A stretch of 63,819 nucleotides of DNA, counting the filler, from Folioceros fuciformis (Eukaryota): the NCBI GenBank assembly GCA_049999805.1. It is 8 parts of 8 records of this genome, joined end to end, with 100 filler letters (N's around TTAATTAATTAA, not from the genome) between each part and the next. Parts side by side here need not be neighbours in the genome. Positions count along the whole stretch, not along the records: positions 44,641 to 53,998 come from JBNGIO010003998.1; positions 54,099 to 61,505 come from JBNGIO010004002.1; 6 more parts are not named here. One strand, written 5' to 3'. Positions 49,401 through 60,539 of this stretch are shown here, in pieces; position 1 is the stretch's first letter; the number at the start of each line of letters is the position of its first letter. Position numbers and translations under genes: made by a program. The notes below the pieces were generated by a model that was not told the origin of the DNA, made no database searches, and saw only the letters and a program-made list of their open reading frames with translations.

Positions 49401-50997
49401 CGACCAGGAAGAAGGCGCCAGCAGCAAAGAGGGAGGCGATAGTAATTACAATCTAGACTAGTTTTGTTTTTAGATTGTTTTTGCTTGGACCTAAGCCGCT
49501 CAAAATTTAAGAGCGCTGACTGACCCCTGACAGACTTTATGGTAGAAAGACCGCCACTACCGTGTACAAGAGGCCAGTTTGAGGCCTTGGAAAAATCAAC
49601 AAGAAACCAGCCCGACATTCCGACCTTGTGGAAGCCTAGCGATGGCCATTGCTGAACAGGAGGTCTAGGCAAGTGAGCGCACACAGTGTTTTGAGGGTGT
49701 GGGTGCAGGTGGTGGATGCTCTGTAATCGGAAACCGGGAACGAATCGGGAGCACAGACCTCACCGAGTGGGAGACGAACTCCCCAGCTATTCCTATGACG
49801 GTTGCGTGGAGTGGTAAAGGTGCTGGTTGCCGAATCCGCGAGTCCGGAGTGGAGGTGGATACCCCTTCGCTTAGCCTCCAGTGACCCACCATTCCTTCAA
49901 TTTCAGAGGGAAGAGAGGCCCTGGACAGGCGAGGTGGAGGAGAATGTCGAGAGTCATGAGTGGGTTGAAAAATGAGAGGGTGTGTGTAAGAGCGTTGATG
50001 AATGTATGTTGGTGGAGAAGTAATACGGGTCAGAGTGATTGATGTTGCGAAAGTGGTGAGTGGCTGTGGGTCACGAGGGTGGCGGTGTTAGAAGGAAGAG
50101 GTTGTGTGATTGAATAACTGTGGTGACTGTGTGTGTGTAAGCTTGGGGTGTGGCGAAGGTTGAGCTGAGGAGTTGATCAGCAGGTATGTGGCGCTGTGAC
50201 GAGGTGGTCGTGGTTGACAAGAAAGTGCACGGAGTAAAAGGGTGTGACGAAAGTGAGATGTGCTTATGCGCTAAGACAGAATATCGTGAGGTAAAGAGAT
50301 GACTGTATTTGTGTGAGATTGAGGCGAGAGGACGCGCGAGTAGGTGTGTGAGATCGGTTGAGGATGGGAGTAGAGTATGGCAGTGGACGAGAGTGCGCTG
50401 ACTGATTAGGAGCCGTATATGAACGTGAACGAGTATATGAACTAAACGCCTTCGATTTCAGAGAGACAATGCGTAGACGTGAGTGGTCGGAAGGGCGTGT
50501 GTTGTGAGGGGAGGACATTCACCACCAAGGGAGGTAGAACGTGATTGTCAGGAGGCATAAGTCAAAAAAGTAAGCCGTGGGGTAAATTAGAGCGGGAGCA
50601 AGAGGAGAGAGAGAGAGAGACGGGGTGTGAGTTAGAGAGAGTGTGTGGACCCCACTGAGGTAGCCGGTTGGGCGACCATTGCCAAGAGGGAAACGGAAGT
50701 AGCTGAGCGCAGTAGTAGCTGTAGGGGCGACAGAGTAGCTGGGCCGGTCGCAAGGTAGCCCGATAATAAGGTAGTTGAGGAGGCGACGGTGGTAGCTTCG
50801 TCGCGGTCAGGTCGAGGCAGCTAGGTAATTGATAGCCGTAACTATACGAGACGGATCTGGAGTAGTAATTGACTTTGTGAGACAACCTGTGTTATTTAAC
50901 ACAAATCATTCCCTTGGGATCGAATCCCACTGCTATAACGACAAAGAGGGTTTGTGTAAACCTCGCAGCACCCCAGAGTACAATATTTTCCCCCACA
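46457..50997 (+). mobile_element. 4.54-kb TG..CA unit (giant solo-LTR-like) carrying two decayed non-gag/pol ORFs (copy B)
   Basis: Left end TATAGAGGAAAAAAAC (TGTAGAGG in the sister copy at 39340); right end TATTTTCCCCCACA. The two ends form an imperfect inverted repeat. Flanks are CTCTT (46452-46456) and CTCTC (50998-51002), a 5-bp TSD with 1 mismatch. The sequences on either side join into one inverted copy of the same family. ORF1 lies at about 47069-48950 and ORF2 at 48951-49442. Confidence 0.8.
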
Positions 50998-52331
50998 CTC
51001 TCACAACTACTCACGCACCCTTGTCCCTCTGGCTCACGCACATACAGTCATCTCTCCCTTCACGGCATTTCGTCTCCGAACATAGTCACATCCAGCTTTC
51101 GCCACACTCGTCACTCCGATTACTCTCTGGTCAGCCACGATCACCTCACCACAGCACCACACACCCACCATTCGAGCTCCACCACCCCTCAGCTTAGCTT
51201 CCTACACACCCCAAGCTCACACACAGTTGCCACAGTCATTCAGTCACACAACTTCTTCCTTCTACCATCGCCACTCTCGCGACCCACGTCCACTCACGGT
51301 CTTCACAACGTCAGTCACTCAGCACCGCATTCTTTCTTCACCAACACGCATTCATCAGCGCTCTTACTCACATACTCTTATTTCTCAGTCCAGCCACAAC
51401 TCTCAACACTCTTCTCCAACTCACCCGTCTAGGGCCCCTCTCTCTTCTGAAATGGTAAGGATGGTGGGTCACTAGAGGCTAAGGGAAGGGGTATCCACTT
51501 CCACTCTAGACTCACGGATTCGGCCTCCGGCACCTTTACCACCCCACGCAACCGACACGGGAATAGCTGGGGAGCGCGTCTCCCACTCGGCGAGGTCTCT
51601 TCTCCCGATTCGTCCTCGGGTCCTAGTTACGGAGCATCCACCACTTGCACCCGCACCCTTAGAGCACTACGTGCGCTCGCTTGCCTGAACCTCCTGTCCA
51701 GCAACGGCCATCACTAGGCTTCCACAAGGTCGGAGTGTCTGGCTGGTTTCTTGTAGATTTTTCCGAGGCGTCAAACTGGCCTCTTCTACANNNNNNNNNN
51801 NNNNNNNNNNNNNNNNNNNNNNNNNNNNNNNNNNNNNNNNNNNNNNNNNNNNNNNNNNNNNNNNNNNNNNNNNNNNNNNNNNNNNNNNNNGGCCTCTTCT
51901 ACATGGTAGTGGCGATCTTTCCGCCATAAAGTCTGTTAGGGGTCAGTTAGCGCTCTTAAATTCTGAGCGGCTTAGGTCCAAGCAAAAACAATCTAAAAAA
52001 GCTAGTCTAGACTGTAATTACTATTGCCTTCCTCTTTGCCGCTGGCGCCTTCCTCCTGGCCGTCGCGCTCCTCCCCCTACGGGTCCGCCGCTGGTCAGGC
52101 AGGTCCTCCCACAGGACCTCCACCTCACTGCTGCTAGTGCTGGCCCTCGCTGGCGGCGGTGCAGGTGGGTCTCGTTGCAGGAAATCCCTTTCCTCTCTCC
52201 GTCGCCGATTCCTGAGAATGAGGACAGGCTCCCGTTCAACCCACCGTTGCGCCTCCTTCTCCGTTAGTTCCTCCAGGATTGCCTAAGAATAGCAATGAGG
52301 CAGCCCCCATACCTGCCAGCGGTAGAAGTAG
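50998..52331 (-). mobile_element. Continuation of copy A, including most of ORF2 on the minus strand; truncated
   Basis: Reverse-complement homolog of about 49110-50350, picking up where 45682-46456 stops. Encodes WGLPHCYS*AILEELTEKEAQRWVEREPVLIL..RDFLQRDPPAP..EVEVLWEDLPDQ. Confidence 0.78.
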
Positions 52332-53119
52332 ATGCCCCTGCGGATCTTCAGTTGTGTGGATGGAGTGTTGAACATGCCCCGTAAGCGTTTTGTTGGCAAC
52401 TCTTGTCCTTCCTTGGAATACGTGTTGGGCGCTGCGGCACATCTCATATTCTATGTGCAAGGAGTACAATGTTCAGTTAAACTGGGCAAATGCAATGCAG
52501 CAGAGCATTGCAAAGGGGAGCGAAGGGCCATTACTAGTCCCCTATACAAGTTGTCCTATCTTTCCACATGATGTAGAGTGATGACCGCTTGAAGAGGCCT
52601 GGGCGCATGCTCGCAATCAGAACAAGGGCACCATATTTTTGGGATGCACGCATTCCAAGTAGGAGCATCCATGGCTGGATTGAAGCAAAACTATTGAAAT
52701 CCCAACGCATTTGGAGGATTCCCATATGCTCAGGAGCATTCCCGCTAACGCTGGGCAGGTACGCTTGGAAGTAGAGCGTTCGGCTTCAGGTGGAGGTTAC
52801 ACTCCAACGGGGTGACGCCCCACAATGGGGATAAATGCTTGCATTCCTGCAAGATGTCACTTACAATGGGCGAACACACATGCAAGGTCGAGCGAGGCGA
52901 ATTTCAGTGGGTGCCTCTGCATTGTGGTGTTCGGACGAGCGGGAGGATGGATGCACCAGCGTCCTCAAAGTACGATTCATGCTCGAACTACAGTGGCCAT
53001 TTTGGTGGGGGAGAAAGTGGTAGTGCAGAAGATGGAGCGCAAACAATGCCAAATGCAATTGAAGGCGAGTCCTCGGAGCAGGCCAGGTTGCACAGGCTCA
53101 TTGAGAATAAGAAAGACCT

Positions 53120-53998
53120 TGTGGAGTGGTTTCATGCACCCAAGAACCACCAAAGGGCCTCACTTCCCCTTATTGTCGTTGCAGTCTTCTGATTCGCTCC
53201 CAAGGGAGTGAACTAGTGTCAAAGAACACTTACAGCTATCTACTCACACTTCTACCTATCAGCCGGTCTATAGGACTGACCACACACACACAACAAAGAG
53301 GCCAGAAGCTTAGCCTATCTTCAAATCAGCTCACACAACTCACACTCCAGATCTTCAGTCCTTCAGCTCTTCATGATTCTCACTTCAGTCTTTCCTTCTT
53401 CACTTCATCCCTTCACCCTTCACTTCAGCACACACTCTTCACTTCTATGCACTTCACTCCAACTCTTCCTCTCTTTGCTTCAGCTATCCACTAGAAATTG
53501 GAACACGACGACTTCACTCCTTGCAGCCTTCAAGCGTAGTGTGGATACTATGACTAGATAGCCCTCCTGGCTCACGGTGCTGTCACTTCACTTCAGCCAG
53601 CCTGCGAATCATTCAGCCCTTGCGGATCCGACCACACGGATCTTGGCAATCTTGGGATCCTCCACTTTCCCCTAGTGGCAAGGGAAACAGGACCTTGGTT
53701 CAGTCTCAACCGGCTCAGCGCTCTAAACTAGGAGTTTTGCCCATAAGGTCCAGGACAATCGCACCGTAGACAGCCCTCTCAATGGCAGGTTTTCCCCTTC
53801 TTGTACTACCTAGCCCTCCACCTCTGTCTACTAGGGTTAACCTCAGTTACCTACCTAACCATCTCTCTCTGACGTAAACCATTCTACACCCAGTTCTGAT
53901 CTAAACCTGACCTAAGTCTGACCTAAACCTAATCTAACGTAGGTCTAACCTAGACCTAACCCGACCTAGGTCTGGCCTAGACCTAACCCGACCTAGGT
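53120..53998. mobile_element. Second copy of the element D terminus, cut by the contig end
   Basis: Starts TGTGGAGTG and is collinear with 38127-39050. Confidence 0.72.
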
Positions 53999-54098
53999 NN
54001 NNNNNNNNNNNNNNNNNNNNNNNNNNNNNNNNNNNNNNNNNNTTAATTAATTAANNNNNNNNNNNNNNNNNNNNNNNNNNNNNNNNNNNNNNNNNNNN
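53999..54098. other. Artificial contig-joining spacer
   Basis: N44-TTAATTAATTAA-N44. Confidence 0.97.
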
Positions 54099-54963
54099 AG
54101 CCAAGGTTGCTCCTCCTGCACACAATTGTCAAAAATAATAATAAAAAAATGTTGAGGAAATTATGACAACAATTCCTAAATTCCTAATTCCTGGAAAATG
54201 CCTTCTTAAGGGCGATCTGACAGGGTGAATAGATCTGCAAATGACAGAGACAGGCGTTAGTCTACTCCCAGAGATCTCGAGGAAGATGGCGGCCCTATCT
54301 ACACCCCCACAGATCTAGGACGAGAAGAGCATCAAGAAATTGCAACATTATTTCCAAACAATTCTCCAAGATTACCTGAGATTCTTAGAGCATACATAGT
54401 ACTAAGTGACAGACTTGCTAGCATAGAAGAAATCCTGCTGAGACTCCTTGCTAGACAAGACAGGGTTTGAATGCGGCACAATTGTACATACAAGTCACCG
54501 ACAGGATAGATTCTTTTTCAACAAAAACCAACGGACGACTAGAAATGCTCACCCAAGAGCTCTCTCATTAGTTGGAAGTTGTATGCAGTTTGAATCGTCG
54601 AGCCACAATAATCTCTGCCGTGCAACCTGCTGTCGCATTGTATTTGCCTACTCTGCTTCCTAATCCTGCGAGGCAGGACGCAGAAAAGTGATCAATTTTT
54701 TGCAGCAGGAGCCAATGGCGGCCCAAATGCCAAGCATCGTGGTCAGTGGCTGTTTGCAAGAAGAGGTGCCTCCAGGCAATGCACCTTTCCTGCTCCCGTG
54801 ACACTTCGCCAACATCAACCGTCACATGGTTGGTTAGTTAGGCTTTCTTTCAAAACTCATGAATAGAAAACTAACAACTAGAGCAACGTTTCATACTTAC
54901 CGTTTTGTTTTGACTTGAACAGTATCATCTAGAATGCCTGTAAGCTAGTTCCGTTGTTGGCTC

Positions 54964-56148
54964 TTGTCCACACGCATGACAGACAGTTCTTCTACGTCTC
55001 ACGAGGATGGTTATACCTTGTCCCTCAATAGCTCTAGCTCAGAAACAAATCTTCAGGATCCTCTTGTTGATCTCCTTGCGCAGCAATTTAACACACTTAG
55101 TATAGTGCCCATTCCTTTTCAAACGATGGGAACTATTCCACCACTTAACACACTCAGTATAGTGCCCATTCCTTTTCAAACGATGGGAACTATCCCACCT
55201 CCTCCTCCTCCTCCTCCTCCTTCTGGCTACAATAGCCCAACCTTCACATCTGAATTGAAAGAAAAAGACAGGTTCAATGGGCATAAGTATGAAGTCTGGA
55301 GAGTTAGAATGAAATCTACATTGCTAGCCAGAGGTGTTTGGGGCATAGTGGATGGCTCTATCCTTGAACCTGATCCCTCTAAGACTAAGGGAGAGAAGGA
55401 TAGATGGGCTCATGCCAATGGTATATCCATTGCGCTCCTAGTAGGTGGTCTTATAGAAAACATGATTCCTGCAATTGAGTATCTCACAAAAGCAAGTGAG
55501 ATATGGAAACAACTGTCCAACCAATACGAAGTAAGAAATGTTCTTACCTTATGCGCACTAATACAGGAATTCTATGGACTGAAAATGAGGGAAGGAGATA
55601 AGGTACTTGCTCACACCAGCAAGCTCCGACATCTCCATGCACAGCTAGTTGCTGTTGGAACTGTAATGGACGAAGTTGACGACATTGCACAGCTCCTGAC
55701 AAGTCTTCCTCCTAGTTATCAGAATTTTGTCTCTGCGCATAATGTCCCCATCCGGCAAGCTCAGGCTGCTGGTAAAACTTCAACTCTCACCTTAGACGAG
55801 GTGATTGGTGCCCTGTTCCAGGAAGAGCAGTGCGGACTCATGTCAGGGTCTGGGTCCAAGTCCAAAGCTGACAAAGTACTTATTGCTTTCCATGGTAGAC
55901 CAGGGCAGAGGGGCAAGCCAAGGACAACACCTCACAATCAAAGCTCTTGAAATGATGCAGGATCCTCTAATTCCAATTCAACCAAGTGTACAGGTACGTG
56001 TAATTGGTGTGGCATCCCTGGCCATTGGGCTCATGATTGTCGAAAGAAGAAAGCTGTCGAGCCTCAAAGACCTCCCAGATATGCAGCCAGAGCAACTGTT
56101 AAAGACAAAATTGGTGATACGAGTAAGCCAGTAGTCAAGATTCTTACA
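54964..56148 (+). mobile_element. Ty1/copia gag remnant
   Basis: FNGHKYEVWRVRMKSTLLARGVWGIVDGSILEP, ASEIWKQLSNQYE, LKMREGD, LLTSLPPSY and the zinc knuckle CNWCGIPGHWAHDC after an in-frame TGA at 55948. A 57-bp tandem duplication lies at 55088-55201. Confidence 0.9.
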
Positions 56149-56259
56149 GTAAAGTGCAATGTAATTTGTGGTCCACTTGAGGATGGCATCCCACATTTGC
56201 AGTGCATACTTAGCAAATGGGTAGTCCTCGATCACGAGCTTGAGGCGGCTAGCCGCGGC
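56149..56259 (-). pseudogene. Short lipoxygenase gene fragment
   Basis: SRLKLVIEDYPFAKYALQMWDAILKWTTNYIALY matches the conserved plant LOX segment GL(R/K)L.IEDYP(Y/F)A.DGL.IW.AI..WV..Y...YY. It lies isolated between a copia gag remnant and a LINE. Confidence 0.75.
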
Positions 56260-56369
56260 CCACTTATCCATCCTACATGCAAAGAGGTTGTCTAGCGTAG
56301 CCAACTTGTTGAATTATCAGCGCGTGGCACCTTTTCCTCAGGATCCGGTCATGGGGGTGAAGGCTTGAC

Positions 56370-57734
56370 AAGGCCTCTATGGAGGCGTTGAGCTCCCCAC
56401 GGGGGGGCTCCACAGTTGGCACATGGGCGGCTGTGGTCGGTTTGTGTGCAAGTAAACAGAACGCGAGGGGATTTAACGCGGTGGGGAAGGTTTCTAATTC
56501 ATCTGATGCTAGCCGAACAAAAGCCATGGCAGAGAATGAAGCTCAGGTACAGACGGTTGAGGTGGATTATACTTGTGAACAGGCACAGGCAAGCGCTTCC
56601 CAAGAATATGCCTCGGTTTCAGCAAAAGAGGGTCCAGGTCTTCAGTTGGGCCCTTTGGCGGATGTTCTTATAGAAGCGCGGTACTTTCAGCAGGAGGAAT
56701 ACAAGCTCATTGCCAGCTCTGTTGTGGGGCGGCTNNNNNNNNNNNNNNNNNNNNNNNNNNNNNNNNNNNNNNNNNNNNNNNNNNNNNNNNNNNNNNNNNN
56801 NNNNNNNNNNNNNNNNNNNNNNNNNNNNNNNNNNGCCCCCCCATAGTGGAGGAGTTGGAGATTTGGGCAACTCAAGTATCCAGGTGCCCTCCAGCTTATG
56901 TTTTCCTGACGGCTGACGGTTCTTTTCAGATCAAATGTGACAAGGCAGCCGGCGCGCAGGCAATCTTACACACAACCCTGCCATTTCAAGGCTCCATCCC
57001 GGTGCTGGTGGAAGCTTGGTCTCCAGGGAACACAATTATGCAGTCGAAAATCAAAAGGCAGTTTCTTTGGGTGGGGCTTCCTGCTCTGCCCGTGTAACTC
57101 ATCCCGATGATACGAAAGATCTTGGGGACTATAGGCCGAGTGGTGGAGGTTCCCAAGGTGGATTCGCATTTCTTTGACAGCCACAAGCCCCCTCGCTTTG
57201 GCGTTAGGGTTGATAGCCTCCTCGCCTTGCTTGAAGGAGTCATCATTCGTGATCCGGAAGACCCATCTGGATGCTTTACCCAGCTTTTCGACTACCCGGA
57301 TTTGCCTGTTAGGTGCGGAGTCTGTGGGCTGAAAAGCCACCTTAAGCAGGCTTGTCCTCTTCGTGCTTGTGTTGGCAGTGGAGGAGACAAAGCTGAGAAG
57401 GCCCATCTAGGTCCACTGCTTGGCTTTAAAGGAGTGCTTAGGAAAACGTGGAGGTCCAACCCAAAAACGCAGCAGTGGGCCAACCAGATTCAGAAACTCT
57501 TCTTCTCGGGTACTGAGGCTGCAACCAACACGCACATCAAAATTTGCATGCTCATGAGGAGGAAGGTGGGCAAAGATTTCTTTTATTGGCTACCAAAGGT
57601 GGGCGATCTTAGAGCCCTGCCTATGCGCTCCCTCCAGTCTGGGACCGCAATGGGGCATCGGCTTCCTGCATTCTGGGATAATGTTAAGCTTAGAACTCGG
57701 GATATGCTACAGGTGGGTTTGGGTTTAGACAAAC
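56370..57734 (+). mobile_element. Second copy of the same LINE ORF1, truncated by a TGTGGAG insertion at 57735
   Basis: Collinear with the reverse complement of 24833-26105; contains CGVCGLKSHLKQAC and has TGG where copy 1 has TAG. Confidence 0.82.
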
Positions 57735-60300
57735 TGTGGAGTCCATATGGCGAACAGACCCCCGGGAAATGGCAGAGTTTGTTTTTTTGGGTTTCTGATT
57801 GAATTTCGTAGAGGATTGGTTAGAAGATTAGGTTAGATTAGAGGTTAGATTAACGGTGAGTCGATAGGGGTTTGGTGGGATGTGTGGTAGGTAGGCCACG
57901 GGTCTAGGTCCCCTTGGCGAGGGTGTTCAGATGTGTGTGTGAAGTCCTAGATATGTGAGTAGGAGGCGAGTGGGGTTTCATGGAGCAGGCAGTCAGTGCA
58001 CGAGGATGGCTAGTCGGAACACAGCGGACTGATGAGCAGCATGGCAGAACAGTAGCGCTGCTATATCCGTATGGGTGGGGGGATCCGAGTTACGATCCTC
58101 TATAGCCGGCCATCTGAAAGGTAGTAGCCCTCAACTGTGGCTTCTACGTCAACTCAACTCGTGCCTGCTGGAGGCCGGAAGTCACATTGTGGGCATGTGC
58201 AGAGAGACTGTGTCGCTCCCCCAACGGGAAGCCGTGGTGAAGGGAGGGTAGAACTCTAGAGACGAAAGGACGTTGGAGCGATCCCAGGCAGAGACCGAGC
58301 TGGCATCCCTGGATGAGAGGCCGCCAATGTGGGGGCAGTTGGTGCTCCAGGTGTGCAGGGCTCCTGGCCTGTTACCAGAGTTGAGCGGGGCGGGGCATGC
58401 TCGCGGATCCGGGGAGGCCTGGCTGATCGGTTGGCCGGGCCGGTGGTAGCGAATCAGGGTTGAATCCAGGCTAGGCGTGGATCCAGGCTGGGAAGGCTGG
58501 CAGACTAGCTGCAATGGGATCCAGCTGGACAGTTAGCTTGGCCACCTGGCTGTTAGGCAGATCCGACCAGTCAGCCAGGCAGCACCGCCTGGCCGAGGGA
58601 AAGATTGTTGGCGACGGGAAGGCCGGCCAGTCAGCATGTAGGCAGCGGCCCAGGGCCGGTCGGGCTGGCAAGCGGATCCGGCTAGCAGCAGACAAGCAGC
58701 CTAGCCGTGGCGGAAGCCAGGCTGGACGAGACCTAGCTGATCCGGAGGAGGGCCGGGTTAGCAGCGTCCCAGCTGCTGAGGGCGGGTAGGCACCTAGCAG
58801 CCCGGACACTCGGTGGTGGGTGCCTGGCTGGATCGCTAGACAGCCGCCTAGCGGGTGGCGGGATCCGGCAGGGCTAGGCTGAAGCAGGTCGGCGGAGCAG
58901 TTTGGCCTGGCAGCTCGACCAGCCGGGCTGGCCGGCCGGTCATGGCTGGAGGTGGCAGCTGAGAAGCTTGGACCAGCAGGCGGCTAGCCAGAGCGAGATC
59001 CAGGCCAGGCCCGGCTGCTGGAGATCAGGTAGGCTAGCTGGCGATGGCAGCTGCAGGCAGGCATTAAGCAGCCAGCGTGCCTGCTGATGGCAGGTGACCC
59101 TGTAGGTAGACAGCCGGCAGTGGCTAGTGAGGTTGGTGGCTGGAGGATTCAACGGGCTAACGAGCCGGATTTGGAGGCCAGCAGCGGCCTAGCTGCTTGT
59201 GGCTGGTCGGGGTGGATCCGGGTAGCAAGGTCGACTGGTTGGACCCTGGCCAGTCAGCGACCTGGCTGAATCGGGGCATGGCAGGCCAAGAAGGCTGGCG
59301 GCTGGTAGGCAGGGGGGTGGCCGACATGCGGGCAAGAGCATGGAAGGTAGGTAGGCCAGGGCGGATACAAGTAGCCGGGAGGGATCTGAGGCAGGCGGGC
59401 GGGTGCCAGGATCAGGGCCCGGGCGAATCAGGTGGACTAGATCCAAGTGGTTGGTTGGCTGCCAGGCGAGTAGGCAAGCGGCCTAGCCTAATCGCCAAGG
59501 TAGGCGAACCCAGGCAGGCAGGTGGCCTGGTCGGATCGCCTAGGCAAGCGGGCTGGCCGGATCGTCATGGCAGGGCTGGATCCCGAAGTCAGGCAGCCAC
59601 CTGGTGGCTGGCTGGGGAGAGTCCGGGCCAGGGGGGAAGGAAGGATGGTTGGCAGGGGGTGCTCATGGATGGCCGACCCAAGTAGGTAGCTCGGTTGGCG
59701 GCTTGGCGGGCTGGCAGGCCGGATCGAAACCGTTGCAGGGGATGCGCAACCTGGTAGCTGGCTGGATCACGACCAGGCCAATCCGGCAGGGAGCATGGCG
59801 CTACCTGGCGACACGGATAGGCTGACGAAACCCGGCAGGCAGGAGGTCGGCTAGCAGGCGAGTTGCCCGCAAAATCCAGGCAAGTAGGTGGAGCCAAGAC
59901 GTGCAGAATCGTGCTTAACGGGATTGAGGTAGGCAAGAGGCAAGTTGGGGCGGTCGAGTCCTCCAAGCAGATCAGAGGTGGGCACTAGCGTCTAGGCGCC
60001 TGGCGCTCCAAGCAAGCAAGTGCCAGGGTCAGTCTAGCAGGTCGGCGGGTGGTAGAGACTCTAAGTCTTGCCTGGATTGCATTCGGCAGGTTGGACCATG
60101 GTGGTTGGTTGGCCGGATCTGGCCATGCCCCTAGCAAGCGAGGCACAAGCGGGCCTCGGGCTGATCCAAGCGATGATGGCTGGCAGGTGAGTCTATGGTG
60201 GATCAAGGAAGGTGGACTGGCCAGATGAGTAAGGGCCAGGCACGAGATCCAAGCAAGTGGCCCTTTCTCAAGGGGCTAAGCCAAGCGGGGCAGTTCGGAG
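57735..60300. repeat. GC-rich, G-skewed degenerate repeat region starting with a TGTGGAG terminus; probable mobile element
   Basis: LINE homology stops exactly at TGTGGAGTCC. The region is dense in GGCTGG, GGCAGG, GGATCC and GCTAG motifs and has no credible ORF. Confidence 0.5.
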
Positions 60301-60539
60301 GAGGTTCGTGGCTCCAGAGAAAGAGGCATCAATGTTGCTATGGGCCTTTGGAGCAGTCAACCTGGGTAGCACCGAATGCCTTGTGAACCATGCATTGCTA
60401 CTTTTACAACTACATTGGGACCAGAGCAACGCACCTCCCCTACGGGCAGCTAGAGGACATGACTAACATTTGGTTGTCCGTCGACGAGCAGCACGTCGGG
60501 CTGCTCGCAAGCGGAAGGTCTGAATACAAACTTTCTACT

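Noticed and set aside
50911-50930. tRNA or SINE suggested by GGGATTCGATCCC
   Set aside because: No cloverleaf, A-box or poly-T/poly-A tail; kept only as part of the subterminal motif.
50546-50997. A short 450-bp LTR (TGTCAG...CCCACA), or a long TIR pairing with 45682-46147
   Set aside because: There is no TSD at those boundaries and homology continues past TGTCAG. The nested-insertion model with a TSD at 46452/50998 explains it better.
52340-53110. LINE ORF2 C-terminal relic on the minus strand (SLYIMWKDRT, CVFAHC)
   Set aside because: The motifs are too degenerate to support a feature without a search.
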